Shown piece after piece: positions 43,106-55,029 of a DNA stretch of 64,000 nt. Position 1 is the first letter of the stretch. Every line of letters starts with the position of its first letter. This stretch comes from an uncultured cyanobacterium. GTDB taxonomy: Bacteria; Cyanobacteriota; Cyanobacteriia; PCC-6307; Cyanobiaceae. The stretch spans positions 160,001 through 224,000 of the forward strand of contig CAVXWZ010000011.1 in the NCBI GenBank assembly GCA_963765575.1, read 5' to 3'. A model generated the notes under the pieces. It was not told where the DNA came from. It ran no database searches and saw only the letters and a list, made by a program, of their open reading frames with translations. A program made the translations under genes and the position numbers.

Positions 43106-43417
43106 TCACCCTGGAACGATCTGCCACTTGCTCGTCTCGATGGTCTGGTTGATGGTCGGGTTTCTCACTGTTTCAGCCATCACCAGATCCGCGGGAAGAT
43201 TGAGCTGTTCGCGCAGCTCGTTCAGCAGTCCGAAGTAGGCTTTGTAGAGCGCAGTGGCCTCGCAGGGCTGGAACTCCACCAGCAGGTCGATGTCACTCTC
43301 CCCGGGCCGGTAGTCGGGCCGCAGCACAGAACCAAAGGCGTGCAGCCGCGCCACAGGATGCCGCTGGCAGGCGGCCGCGATCGCAGCGATCTGCTCCGGG
43401 GTGAGGGCGCAGTCCAT
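43106..43417 (-). CDS. Minimal nucleotidyltransferase (MNT/MntA-type antitoxin) with no HEPN partner
   Basis: FGSVLR.D..PGESDIDLLVEF, DLV, VRNP. Confidence 0.85.
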   Translation of the reverse strand: MDCALTPEQIAAIAAACQRHPVARLHAFGSVLRPDYRPGESDIDLLVEFQPCEATALYKAYFGLLNELREQLNLPADLVMAETVRNPTINQTIETSKWQIVPG

Positions 43418-43439
43418 GGCCCCATTCTGGCTGCCCACG

Positions 43440-43635
43440 CAGCGCTCACCAGGCGTCCGATCCAATCAGCGCAGACGGGCGTCAGTCGTTCGGGGTCACT
43501 GGCCATGTCCTGCTCCGGCAGTGCTTGAAACGCTGCGAGAGCCGGAGGTCACCACTTGCTTGCGAGTTCAGGTGTTGCAGCACCACCGACCCGTTGGGGC
43601 GGAAGGCGTAGCGGATCCGGCACGGTGATCTGCTG
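43440..43635 (-). pseudogene. PrlF/SohA-like antitoxin remnant
   Basis: Across frames: QITVP / RIRYAFRPNGSVVL / PALAAFQALPEQDMASDPERL; recalled similarity, not searched. Confidence 0.5.
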
Positions 43636-43731
43636 CACCCCCAGGAAGTCGCTCTCCCACCATCCCGCAGATCTGTAATGCAACCAGAATGCTTCCATGC
43701 TGGTTGGTGTGCCGCTGGGCTGCTGCCTGTC

Positions 43732-43902
43732 ATGGCCAAAACCCTCACTCTCAAGAACCTGCCCGTCAGCGGTTTCGGGATGCTCAAGAGCAAGCGCTCG
43801 CCCGTGTCCGTGGACTTCGATGCCGCCAGCCTCGAAGCGCGCCACGAACAGTCACGCGGCCTAAAGTTGTCCTCGTCGCAACCCGATGCGAGGGCGTGTT
43901 GA
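43732..43902 (+). pseudogene. Chimeric antitoxin remnant (FitA/Arc-like N-terminus joined to an AbrB-type antitoxin C-terminus)
   Basis: MAKTLTLKNLP followed directly by SGFGMLKSKRSPVSVDFDAASL. Confidence 0.4.
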
Positions 43903-44135
43903 TGGCTGTGGACCTTCCCCTCGCTCAGATGAGCCTGGAAGACAAGCTCCAGGCCATGGAAATGCTTTGGGCAGAACTCTCCAAGTCGCCCCGTGAGTTC
44001 GTTGCTCCGCCCTGGCACAGCGAAGTGCTGCAGCGGCGCCGCGATCAGGTTGATCAGGGCACCGCCAGCTTCCAGGATTGGGAGAGCGCGATCGGAGAGC
44101 TGAGGGCCGAGTTGCGTGATCATCAGGCTCCTTGA
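43902..44135 (+). CDS. Addiction-module component (unstable antitoxin, TIGR02574-like)
   Basis: MSLEDKLQAMEMLWAEL...PPWHSEVLQRR...FQDWE. Confidence 0.85.
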   Translation: MAVDLPLAQMSLEDKLQAMEMLWAELSKSPREFVAPPWHSEVLQRRRDQVDQGTASFQDWESAIGELRAELRDHQAP

Positions 44136-44423
44136 CTCGGCCAAGGACGATCTGCGCTACGGCTGGTTGTTTTACGAGCGCCAGAGTCCAGGGCTCGGCA
44201 ACCGCTTCCTGGATGCCATCGAGGCCGATGTGCGGGCGTTGAAGGTCTATTCAGGAATCCACATCAAAGGGATGGCTTCCATCGGATGCTGATCAGGAGA
44301 TTCGCCTTTGCGCTCTATTACCTGAAAGACGAAAGCACCGTCGATATCGACGCTGTCCTGGATTGCCGGCGCGATCCACGTTGGATCCGAACCCGCCTCG
44401 ATTCAGTGCCACCCACGACCTAG
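44116..44423 (+). pseudogene. RelE/ParE-family toxin with a 1-bp frameshift near 44268
   Basis: VIIRLLDSAKDDLRYGWLFYERQSPGLGNRF...GIHIK, shift, DGFHRMLIRRFAFALYY...AVLDCRRDPRWI. Confidence 0.8.
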
Positions 44424-44510
44424 CCCTCCAGATCCACCACGGCCTTGAGTGTCAGGAGCAGGATACGGCTGTCTACCGTGTGGGCGAGTGGCCAGGCCTG
44501 GAGTTCCCCG

Positions 44511-44762
44511 ATGACGGTCGATGAGCGCCTGGATCTCAATCTCAGTGCGGCAGACAAGCAGCTGTTGGCGCAGGCGGCGGCCATCGAGGGCGTGAGCATG
44601 GCCGCCTGGCGCGCCGCAGAAGCCATTCAGCTCGATCGGCAACTCTCTCTGTCTCGCACAGATTTCACGCCCTTTCAGGCCGCCATCGGCGCACCCTTCG
44701 CAGCCAATCCCGCCCTCCAGGACGCGATCGAGCAGGCCTGCACTCGCGTGAGACGTGGTTGA
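44511..44762 (+). CDS. DUF1778 (TacA/AtaR-like) antitoxin, possibly with a short internal deletion
   Basis: ERLDLNLSAADKQLLAQAAAIEGVSMAA...LSLSRTDF...NPALQDA. Confidence 0.75.
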   Translation: MTVDERLDLNLSAADKQLLAQAAAIEGVSMAAWRAAEAIQLDRQLSLSRTDFTPFQAAIGAPFAANPALQDAIEQACTRVRRG

Positions 44763-44802
44763 AGAGCCGCAACTCGATCCCACCTGGCACAACCGCGGTG
44801 AG
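44755..44802 (+). pseudogene. N-terminal stub of a GNAT (TacT/AtaT-like) toxin
   Basis: GTG overlapping the DUF1778 stop: VVEEPQLDPTWHNRG; similarity is lost before the expected F-x-C-G motif. Confidence 0.4.
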
Positions 44803-44840
44803 CGCGCAGGCCCGGCTTCGGCTGTCGACGGAACAGGTGA

Positions 44841-44913
44841 TGGAGAATAGGGGACTCGAACCCCTGACCTCTGCGGTGCGATCGCAGCGCTCTACCAGCT
44901 GAGCTAATTCCCC
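44841..44913 (-). tRNA. tRNA-Ala(CGC)
   Basis: GGGGAATTAGCTCAGCTGGTAGAGCGCTGCGATCGCACCGCAGAGGTCAGGGGTTCGAGTCCCCTATTCTCCA; anticodon CGC, G3:U70 pair. Confidence 0.96.
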
Positions 44914-44957
44914 GCTGCTGCCCATTATTCCCCCTGGAGCTTCCCGCCGGCCGCCCG

Positions 44958-45167
44958 ATGACCGCCTCGATCACCCCCCAGCAGCTGGAGACCTTCGATG
45001 AGGCCGGCGTCGCCGAGCTCGCCCGCCGCCTCGAGGACGACGACTACCCCACCCCCTTCGATGGCCTCTCCGACTGGCATCTGATGCGGGCCCTGGCGAT
45101 CCACCGCCCCGACCTCGCCCGCCCCTACGTGCACCTGGTGGATCAGGAACCCTTTGATGAGGACTGA
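44958..45167 (+). CDS. DUF2555-like conserved protein
   Basis: LARRLEDDDYPTPFDGLSDWHLMRALAIHRP. Confidence 0.8.
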   Translation: MTASITPQQLETFDEAGVAELARRLEDDDYPTPFDGLSDWHLMRALAIHRPDLARPYVHLVDQEPFDED

Positions 45168-45187
45168 GCCTTGACGAGGACTGACCC

Positions 45188-46478
45188 GTGAGCGACGGGC
45201 CCCTCGCCGGGCGGCGGGTGCTGGTGGGCATCAGCGGCAGCATCGCCGCCGTGAAGCTGCCCGCCCTGGTGAGTGCCCTGGTGCAGCGCGGCGCCCAGGT
45301 GCGCTGCCTGCTCACCCCCAGCGCCGAGCGGCTGGTGAGCGCCCAGGCCCTGGCGGCCCTCAGCCGCCAGCCCTGCCACCTCGATGCCGACCAGTGGAGC
45401 CACCACGCCCCCCGGCCCCTGCACGTGGAGCTGGCCGAGTGGGCCGAGCTGGTGCTGGTGGCCCCCCTCAGCGCCACCAGCCTGGGGCGCTGGGTCCATG
45501 GCCTCGGCGACTCGCTGCTGGCCAGCACCCTGCTGGCCTGTGAGGCGCCGGTGCTGGTGGCCCCCGCCATGAACACGGCCATGTGGGCCTCGCCCGGGGT
45601 GCGTGCCAACTGGCGGCAGCTGCAGGCCTGGCCGCGGGTGCTGCCGCTGGCCCCGGCCGCCGGGCTGCTGGCCTGCGACCGGCGCGGCGATGGCCGCATG
45701 GCCGATCCCGAGCTGCTGCTGCTGGCCCTCGAATCCCTCGCCCTCTGGGGCTGGCGGCGCGACTGGCAGGGGCGCACCCTGCTGGTGAGCGCCGGCCCCA
45801 CCCGCGAGGCCCTCGATCCGGCCCGCTGCCTCACCAACCCCAGCACCGGCCGCATGGGCGTGCTGCTGGCCCAGGCCGCCCGCCTGCGCGGCGCCGCCGT
45901 GGAGCTGGTGCACGGCCCCCTGCAGCTGCCGCCGGCCTGGCTGGAGGGGCTCAGCTGCCGGCCCGTCACCAGCGCCGCCGAGCTGGAGGCGGCCCTGCTC
46001 GAGGGCCAGCCCCGCGCCGATGCCATCGCCATGGCCGCGGCCGTGGCCGATCACCGCCGCGCTGCCCCCCTGCCCCACAAGCTCGCCAAGGCGGAGCTGG
46101 AGGCGGCGCTGGCCGCTGGCTGGGAGCCCGTGCCCGACATCCTGGCGGCCCTGGTGCGGCGCCGCCCCGCGGGCCAGGTGATCCTCGGCTTCGCTGCCCA
46201 CAGCGGCGACGTGCTGCCCCAGGCCCGCGCCAAGTGGCAGCGCAAGGGCTGCGATCTGCTCTTCGCCAACCCCATCGATCAGCCCGCTGCCGGTTTCGCC
46301 AGCCCCAGCAACCGCGGCTGGCTGCTGGGGCCCGAAGCCACAACAGGTGCTGGAGCTCGGGCCGGCCTCCAAGCTGGAGCTGGCCCACCGCCTGCTCAGC
46401 GCCCTGGGCCAGCGGCTCAGGCCGCCAGCGGACCCTGCGGCTCCTGCTCGAGCGACTCGCGCTGCAGCAGATCCATGA
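45188..46478 (+). CDS. coaBC: Bifunctional phosphopantothenoylcysteine decarboxylase/synthetase; 1-bp insertion near 46340
   Basis: GISGSIAAVK, APAMN, SAGPTRE.LDP.R..TNPSTG.MG, AAAVAD; removing one base restores QQVLELGPASKLELAHRLL with a stop at 46478. Confidence 0.93.
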
Positions 46479-46740
46479 ACGTGCGCAGCTGCAGGCGCGG
46501 GATGTAGGGCCAGCCGCCACTGCGCTCCATCTCATGCAGCAGACCGAAGAGATGGCTGCGGTCGGCCGGCAGGCTGCTGCGGAAGGGGCCGTCCTGGATC
46601 CGCCGGTGCAGCTGCTCCAGCTGGCGCAGCAGGTCGAGCAGGGCCTCAGGATCGCCGTTGAGCTCGGTGGCCAGGGCTTCGAGCTGCTCCAGCACAGCGG
46701 CCTGGCGCTGCTGCCCGTCGCCCTCCGATCGCGATCGCAT
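46417..46740 (-). CDS. Conserved hypothetical protein
   Basis: LLRQLEQLHRRIQDGPFR.SLP...EMERSGGWPYIPR. Confidence 0.75.
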   Translation of the reverse strand: MRSRSEGDGQQRQAAVLEQLEALATELNGDPEALLDLLRQLEQLHRRIQDGPFRSSLPADRSHLFGLLHEMERSGGWPYIPRLQLRTFMDLLQRESLEQEPQGPLAA

Positions 46741-46841
46741 ACAGGTTGTTGAGAGCCACGACATCGTAGGCGGCGTGGGGGTTAAGCACCGGTAGGATCC
46801 GCCCCAGCCCAGTCTCCATGCCCCCTCTGCGGCGTTCTCCC

Positions 46842-47663
46842 ATGCGCTTTCGTCCCCTGCTGGCCCTCGTGCTGGCGCTGTGCCTCACCCTGGTGACCGC
46901 CTGCAGCGGAGGGGCGAAGGCGGTGGACCGCGACCAGCTCACCTACGAAGACATCCACAACACCGGCCTCGCCAACGACTGCCCCACCCTGCCCGAATCG
47001 GCCCGGGGCTCGATTGCCCTCGATCCAGGCACCAGCTACCAGCTGCGTGACATCTGCCTGCATCCCGCCGAGGTGGCGGTGAAGGTCGAGCCGTCCAACA
47101 AGCGCCAGGAGGCCCGCTTCGTGCTGGGCAAGATCCTCACCCGTTTCACCACCAGCCTTGATCAGGTCTATGGCGACCTCACCGTGACCGGTGACAGCCT
47201 CAGCTTCAAGGAGCAGGGCGGCCTCGACTTCCAGATCATCACCGTGCTGCTGCCCGGCGGTGAGGAGGTGCCCTTCGTGTTCTCCAGCAAGAAGCTCGAG
47301 GCCAGTGCCGATGGCGCCGCCATCAGCACCAGCACCGACTTCAAGGGCACCTACCGGGTGCCCAGCTACCGCACCTCCAACTTCCTCGATCCCAAGTCCC
47401 GCGGTCTCACCACCGGCGTTGAGTACGCCCAGGGTCTGGTGGGCCTCGGCGCTGACAACGAGGAGATCGCCCGCGAGAACATCAAGCGCTACGTCGATGG
47501 CACCGGCTCGATGGAGCTCGCCATCAGCCGCGTCGATCCCGACACCGGTGAGTTCGCCGGTGTGTTCACCGCCGTCCAGCCCTCCGACAACGACATGGGC
47601 TCCAAGGATCCCCTCGACGTGAAGATCACCGGCGAGGTCTACGGCCGCCTGGAGCAGGACTGA
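46842..47663 (+). CDS. psbO: PSII manganese-stabilising protein
   Basis: LTYEDIHNTGLANDCP, VPSYRTSNFLDPK.RG, QPSDNDMG. Confidence 0.97.
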   Translation: MRFRPLLALVLALCLTLVTACSGGAKAVDRDQLTYEDIHNTGLANDCPTLPESARGSIALDPGTSYQLRDICLHPAEVAVKVEPSNKRQEARFVLGKILTRFTTSLDQVYGDLTVTGDSLSFKEQGGLDFQIITVLLPGGEEVPFVFSSKKLEASADGAAISTSTDFKGTYRVPSYRTSNFLDPKSRGLTTGVEYAQGLVGLGADNEEIARENIKRYVDGTGSMELAISRVDPDTGEFAGVFTAVQPSDNDMGSKDPLDVKITGEVYGRLEQD

Positions 47664-47711
47664 GCTTCGGTCTGGGAGAATCGATGCCGATCTCCCAGTC
47701 GCCGCGCCGCC

Positions 47712-48899
47712 TTGACCGCCACCTCCAGCACCGGGTCCACGCTTGAGACCGCCAGCACCGCCCTGATCCCCCCCCACGGCGGCAGCCTCGTCGACCTCAT
47801 GGTCAGTGAGGACGAACGCCAGGCGGTGCGGGGCAGTGCCGGCCGGCGGCTGGAATGCAGCCACCGCAACGCCTGCGACGTGGAACTGCTGGTGGTGGGT
47901 GGCTTCTCGCCCCTGCGCGGCTTCATGCACCAGGAGGACTACGACGCCGTCGTCGCCGGCCACCGCACCAGCAGCGGCCTGCTGTTCGGTCTGCCGATCG
48001 TCTTCGACACCAACGACGACACCATCGCCGTGGGCGACCGGCTGCTGCTCACCTACCGGGGCCAGGAGCTGGCCGTGCTCACGGTGGAGAGCCGCTGGGA
48101 GCCCGACAAGGCCGTCGAGGCCAAGGGCTGCTACGGCACCACCTCAATTGAGCACCCCGCCGTGCGCATGATCAGCGGCGAGCGGGGCCGCTTCTACCTC
48201 GGCGGCAGCGTCCAGGGGCTGTCCCTGCCGCAGCGGGTGTTCCCCTGCAAGACCCCGGCCGAGGTGCGCTCCACCCTGCCGGCCGGCGAGAGCGTGGTGG
48301 CCTTCCAGTGCCGCAACCCCATCCACCGCGCCCACTACGAGCTGTTCACCCGCGCCCTGCACGCCGACAACGTCAGCCAGGGCGGCGCCGTGCTCGTGCA
48401 CCCCACCTGCGGCCCCACCCAGGAAGACGACATCCCCGGCGAGGTGCGCTTCGCGACCTACGAACGGCTGGCCGAGGAAGTGGCCAACCCCCGCATCCGC
48501 TGGGCCTACCTGCCCTACGCCATGCACATGGCCGGGCCGCGGGAGGCGCTGCAGCACATGATCATCCGCAAGAACTACGGCTGCACCCACTTCATCATTG
48601 GCCGCGACATGGCCGGCTGCAAGAGCTCCCTCAGCGGTGACGACTTCTACGGCCCCTACGACGCCCAGGATTTCGCCCGCGACCACGCCAGCGAGCTGGG
48701 CATGGAAACCGTGCCCTCGCTCAACCTCGTGTACACCGAGGAGGAGGGCTACGTCACCGCCGACCATGCCCAGGCCCGGGGGCTGCACGTGCGCAAGCTC
48801 AGCGGCACCCAGTTTCGCCAGATGCTGCGCGGCGGCGAGGAGATCCCCGAATGGTTCGCCTTCCGTAGTGTGGTGGAGGTGCTGCGCTCGGCCGGCTGA
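47712..48899 (+). CDS. sat: Sulfate adenylyltransferase
   Basis: GGFSPLRGFM, AFQCRNPIHRAH, AGPREA, HFIIGRD. Confidence 0.96.
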   Translation: MTATSSTGSTLETASTALIPPHGGSLVDLMVSEDERQAVRGSAGRRLECSHRNACDVELLVVGGFSPLRGFMHQEDYDAVVAGHRTSSGLLFGLPIVFDTNDDTIAVGDRLLLTYRGQELAVLTVESRWEPDKAVEAKGCYGTTSIEHPAVRMISGERGRFYLGGSVQGLSLPQRVFPCKTPAEVRSTLPAGESVVAFQCRNPIHRAHYELFTRALHADNVSQGGAVLVHPTCGPTQEDDIPGEVRFATYERLAEEVANPRIRWAYLPYAMHMAGPREALQHMIIRKNYGCTHFIIGRDMAGCKSSLSGDDFYGPYDAQDFARDHASELGMETVPSLNLVYTEEEGYVTADHAQARGLHVRKLSGTQFRQMLRGGEEIPEWFAFRSVVEVLRSAG

Positions 48900-48963
48900 G
48901 CCCACCGGGCCCCAGTCCCGCAGTTAACGTTCCTTTACCTTCATTCTCAGCTGAGGAGAGTCC

Positions 48964-50782
<1,819 letters not shown>

Positions 50783-50808
<26 letters not shown>

Positions 50809-51409
50809 GCACGATCTGATCCGATCCCTGCACCACCAGCCCCTGCTGGTGGTGCTTCGGGCTGAACAACCGCAAGACCTGCACAGCCAGCTGGAACGCC
50901 TCGATCGCTTCGGCGTGCTCCAGGTGGAGCTGGCCTGGAGCAGCCATCCGCACTGGAGCGCCCAGGCCGCCGAGCTGGTGCGGCTCTTTTCCCGCCTGCA
51001 GCTGGGTGCCGCCTCGGTGTGCACCCTCCAGGCCCTGGAGGCGGTGTGCACGGCGGGTCTGGCCTATGCCGTCTCGCCGGTGCTGGATGAGCCGTTGCTC
51101 CAGGCGGCCCGTGCCAGGGGGCTGCTGCTGGTGCCGGGGGTGTTCAGCCCCAGCGAGGTGCACCGGGCCCGCCAGCTGGGCTGCCCGCTGGTGAAGCTGT
51201 TCCCGGCTGCCGCCCTGGGCATCGACTTCTGGCCGCGCTTGCGCGCTCCCCTGGGACCCCTGCCCGCCTGCATCGCGGCCGGCGGCCTTGCGGTGGAGGA
51301 TGTGGAGCCCTGGCTGGCGGCGGGCGTCGATGCCGTGGCGCTGGGCGGACGGCTGGATTCGCCCGCGGCCTGGCAGGAGCTGGAGCGCCTGCTCGCTCGG
51401 CTGGGCTGA
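50783..51409 (+). CDS. KHG/KDPG aldolase family protein
   Basis: [28 protein letters not shown]; start uncertain. Confidence 0.85.
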
Positions 51410-51428
51410 TCACGCCCTGTCCCCAACC

Positions 51429-52521
51429 TCACCAGAGGCTGCACTGCCCCTGCTGGCGCAGCAGGTGATCGGCCAGCACCAGGGCCACCATCGCCTCCAC
51501 CATCGGCACCGCCCGCGGCAGCACGCAGGGGTCGTGGCGGCCCTTGGCGGCCAGGGTGGTGGCGGCGCCGCTGGCATCGATCGTCTGCTGCTGCTTGCGG
51601 ATCGTGGCGGTGGGTTTGAAGGCCACCCGGATCACGATCATCTCGCCGTTGCTGATGCCCCCCTGGATGCCGCCTGAATTGTTGGTGGCGGTGTGCAGGC
51701 TGCCGTCGTCCGTGGGCAGGAAGGCGTCGTTGTGCTCGCTGCCCCTGAGCAGGGTGCCGGCGAAGCCGGAGCCGATCTCGAAGCCCTTGGTGGCCGGCAG
51801 CGACATCACCGCCTTGGCCAGGTCGGCCTCCAGCTTGTCGAACACCGGCATGCCCAGCCCCACCGGCGGCCGGCGCACCACGCACTCGATCACGCCGCCG
51901 CAGGAATCGCCCTCCCGGCCGATCGCCTCGATCCGCTCGATCATCTGCTCGGCGGCCGCGGGGTCGGGGCAGCGCACGATCGTGGCCTCCACCTCCTCGA
52001 GGCTCACGGCTGGCTGGATCGATGCCCTGGGCCTCGATGCTGTGGATGCGCTTCACCCAGGCCAGCACCTCGGTGCCGCCGGCTTTGGCCAGCAGTTGTT
52101 TGGCGATGGCGCCGGCGGCCACGCGACCGATGGTTTCCCGGGCTGAGGCGCGGCCACCGCCGCTGCGGGCCTGGATGCCGTATTTCACCTGGTAGGTGGC
52201 ATCGGCGTGGGAGGGGCGGAAGGCCACCGCCATCTCCTTGTAATCCCCGGGGCGCTGGTCCTTGTTGCGCACCACCATGGCGATGGGCGTGCCCAGGGTC
52301 TGGCCGTCCAGCAGACCGCTGAGCACCTCCACCCGGTCGTCTTCCTTGCGGGGGGTGGTGATCTTGCTCTGGCCGGGCTTGCGGCGATCCAGGTCCCGCT
52401 GGATCTGCGCCACGTCGAGCGCCAGCCGGGGCGGGCAGCCATCCACGATCACGCCCACACCACCGCCGTGGGATTCGCCGAAGCTGCTGATCCGAAAGAG
52501 CTGGCCGAAGCTGCTGCCCAT
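51429..52521 (-). CDS. aroC: Chorismate synthase; 1-bp insertion near 52008
   Basis: [22 protein letters not shown] in one frame; DSCGG, KPTATI, GRHDPC in the next. Confidence 0.96.
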
Positions 52522-52574
52522 GGCAAGAAACCGCTGCGCCGAGCGTAGGGGAGCTGCACCCGCCAGCGCCCATC

Positions 52575-52603
52575 AAAAAACCCCCCTCGCAGGGAGGGGG
52601 GTT
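52575..52603 (-). terminator. Intrinsic terminator downstream of psbA
   Basis: Minus strand CCCCCCTC-cctgc-GAGGGGGG-TTTTTT. Confidence 0.85.
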
Positions 52604-52651
52604 GGGGGATTCCGTCAGGTCTGGTGCGCTTGAAGGCTGAGCAACTCAGCT

Positions 52652-53731
52652 TCAGCCGATCGCCGGGGCGGTCAGGGCCACGGGGGTGGCTTCGGCGGCA
52701 GCCAGGTCGAGCGGGAAGTTGTGAGCGTTGCGCTCGTGCATCACTTCCATGCCCAGACCGGCACGGTTCAGCACATCGGCCCAGGTGTTCACCACGCGGC
52801 CTTGGCCATCGAGGATCGACTGGTTGAAGTTGAAACCGTTGAGGTTGAAGGCCATCGTGCTCACGCCCAGGGCGGTGAACCAGATGCCGATCACAGGCCA
52901 GGCAGCCAGGAAGAAGTGCAGGCTGCGGCTGTTGTTGAAGGAGGCGTACTGGAAGATCAGACGACCGAAGTAGCCGTGGGCCGCAACGATGTTGTAGGTC
53001 TCTTCCTCTTGGCCAAACTTGTAGCCGTAGTTCTGGCTTTCGGTTTCGGTGGTTTCACGCACCAGGCTGCTGGTCACCAGCGAACCGTGCATGGCCGAGA
53101 ACAGGGAGCCGCCGAACACACCGGCCACACCCAGCATGTGGAAGGGGTGCATCAGGATGTTGTGCTCTGCCTGGAACACCAGCATGTAGTTGAAGGTGCC
53201 GCTGATGCCGAGGGGCATGCCGTCAGAGAAGGAGCCCTGACCGAACGGGTACACCAGGAACACAGCCGAAGCAGCGGCCACGGGGGCGCTGTAGGCCACG
53301 CAGATCCAGGGGCGCATGCCGAGGCGGTAGGAGAGTTCCCACTCGCGGCCCATGTAGCAGAACACGCCGATCAGGAAGTGGAAGACCACCAGCTGATAGG
53401 GGCCGCCGTTGTAGAGCCACTCATCGAGGGAAGCGGCTTCCCAGATGGGATAGAAGTGCAGGCCGATGGCGTTGCTGGAGGGAACAACAGCACCGGAGAT
53501 GATGTTGTTGCCGTAGAGCAGGGAGCCGGCAACGGGCTCACGGATGCCGTCGATGTCGACGGGGGGAGCGGCGATGAACGCCACGATGAAGCAGATGGTC
53601 GCAGCCAGCAGGGTGGGGATCATCAGCACGCCGAACCAGCCCACGTAGAGGCGGTTGTTGGTGGAGGTGACCCAGCCACAGAACTGCTCCCAGCTGGAGG
53701 CGCCGGAGCGCTGCTGAAGAGTGGTGGTCAT
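52652..53731 (-). CDS. psbA: Photosystem II D1 protein (Gln130 form)
   Basis: MTTTLQQR...NRLYVGWFG...GGPYQL...[13 protein letters not shown]. Confidence 0.99.
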   Translation of the reverse strand: MTTTLQQRSGASSWEQFCGWVTSTNNRLYVGWFGVLMIPTLLAATICFIVAFIAAPPVDIDGIREPVAGSLLYGNNIISGAVVPSSNAIGLHFYPIWEAASLDEWLYNGGPYQLVVFHFLIGVFCYMGREWELSYRLGMRPWICVAYSAPVAAASAVFLVYPFGQGSFSDGMPLGISGTFNYMLVFQAEHNILMHPFHMLGVAGVFGGSLFSAMHGSLVTSSLVRETTETESQNYGYKFGQEEETYNIVAAHGYFGRLIFQYASFNNSRSLHFFLAAWPVIGIWFTALGVSTMAFNLNGFNFNQSILDGQGRVVNTWADVLNRAGLGMEVMHERNAHNFPLDLAAAEATPVALTAPAIG

Positions 53732-53848
53732 GAGAACGGGTAAAGGATGAGAACTCCGAAACAGCAGGCGAAAATGCCTGGCAGCAGCAGCGCCTGAAGG
53801 GCGCGGCCGGCTCCGGAGGGAATGGAGGACGGAATCCCGTCGCGAACC

Positions 53849-53878
53849 AACGTAACAGAACGTTGCGGGTTTTGTGAA
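53849..53878 (-). promoter_or_regulatory. Putative sigma70-type psbA promoter
   Basis: Minus strand TTCACA-N18-TACGTT, about 120 nt upstream of the ATG. Confidence 0.55.
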
Positions 53879-54014
53879 GGGGGGTTGCCCGCGGATGGCG
53901 CGATCGGGCAGGGGCCCTGGGGGAGCCCCGGGCCCCTGCCCGTTCCGATAGGACAGGCCCAGACAGGACAGGGCGGCCGCACAGCGCTCGTCCGCGCCGC
54001 CGCGAGCTGTTGCC

Positions 54015-54995
54015 TTGAGCCGTTCCGCCGTTGTCACCTGGAGCCCCAGCGTCACCCTGGTGCCCACCCGCGCCTGCTTCAACGCTTGCGGCTACTGCGG
54101 TTTCCGCCGCCCCCTCCAGCCCGCAGAGCTGGAGGGGGCGGCCCCACACGACGGCCTCAGCGCCGCCGCCGCCCGCCAGCAGCTGGCCTCGCGCCCGGCG
54201 GCCCGGGAGGTGCTGCTGCTCAGCGGCGAGCTGCCCCCCGGCTCCAGCGGACGCCCGGCCTGGTTTGCCCGTCTGCGCCGCCTCAGCGCCCTGGCCCTGG
54301 CCACAGGGCGGCTGCCCCACACCAATGCCGGTCCCCTGGCGCTGCGGGAGATGGCCTGTCTGGGCCGGCTCAATCCCTCGCTCGGCCTGATGCTGGAGGG
54401 GTTGGGTCCGGCCTACGACCGCCTCCACCGCCAGGCCCCCAGCAAGCGGCTGGAGCTGCGGCTGGCCCAGCTGGAGCAGGCGGGCCGGCTGGGGATCCCG
54501 TTCACCACCGGCCTGTTGCTGGGGGTGGGCGAAACCATGGCCCAGCGCCGCGACGCCCTCGAGCTCATCGGCCTGCTGCAGCGGCGCTGGGGGCACATCC
54601 AGGAGCTGATCCTGCAGCCCTGGCGGCCCGCTGAACCCGCGGCCACGCCGCCGCCGCCGGCACTGGTGAACACCGTGCTGGCCACCATCGCCGAGGCGCG
54701 CGCGATCCTGCCGCCGGAGGTGCATCTGCAGCTGCCCCCCAACCTCTGGCCCGCCGATCGCCTCGGCGAGGCGCTGGAGGCCGGCATCGACGACCTGGGC
54801 GGCATCGACAGCGGCGATGTGATCAACCCGGCCTACCCCCAGCCGGCCCCCGAGTCCCTGGCCCGGCGGCTGGCCCGCCAGGGCTGGCACCTGCGGCCGC
54901 GCTTGTGCGTGCACGCGGGCTGGATTCCCTGGCTGCCGTCGCCGCTGCGACGCCGGGCGGAGGCCATGGCCCAGGCTCTGGCGGCAGCTGGTTAG
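54015..54995 (+). CDS. cofG: FO synthase subunit CofG (radical SAM)
   Basis: [44 protein letters not shown]. Confidence 0.9.
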   Translation: MSRSAVVTWSPSVTLVPTRACFNACGYCGFRRPLQPAELEGAAPHDGLSAAAARQQLASRPAAREVLLLSGELPPGSSGRPAWFARLRRLSALALATGRLPHTNAGPLALREMACLGRLNPSLGLMLEGLGPAYDRLHRQAPSKRLELRLAQLEQAGRLGIPFTTGLLLGVGETMAQRRDALELIGLLQRRWGHIQELILQPWRPAEPAATPPPPALVNTVLATIAEARAILPPEVHLQLPPNLWPADRLGEALEAGIDDLGGIDSGDVINPAYPQPAPESLARRLARQGWHLRPRLCVHAGWIPWLPSPLRRRAEAMAQALAAAG

Positions 54996-55029
54996 CGTCC
55001 CGCCACACCTTGTCCTGAGCGCGAGATCC

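Noticed and set aside
43100..44830. Integron cassette array explaining the TA cluster
   Set aside because: I could not find recurring attC-like inverted repeats between the modules or an integrase. A formal IntegronFinder run would be needed to exclude degenerate sites.
51995..52025. Programmed ribosomal frameshifting in aroC
   Set aside because: No slippery sequence or obvious stimulatory structure; similar single indels occur in several unrelated genes.
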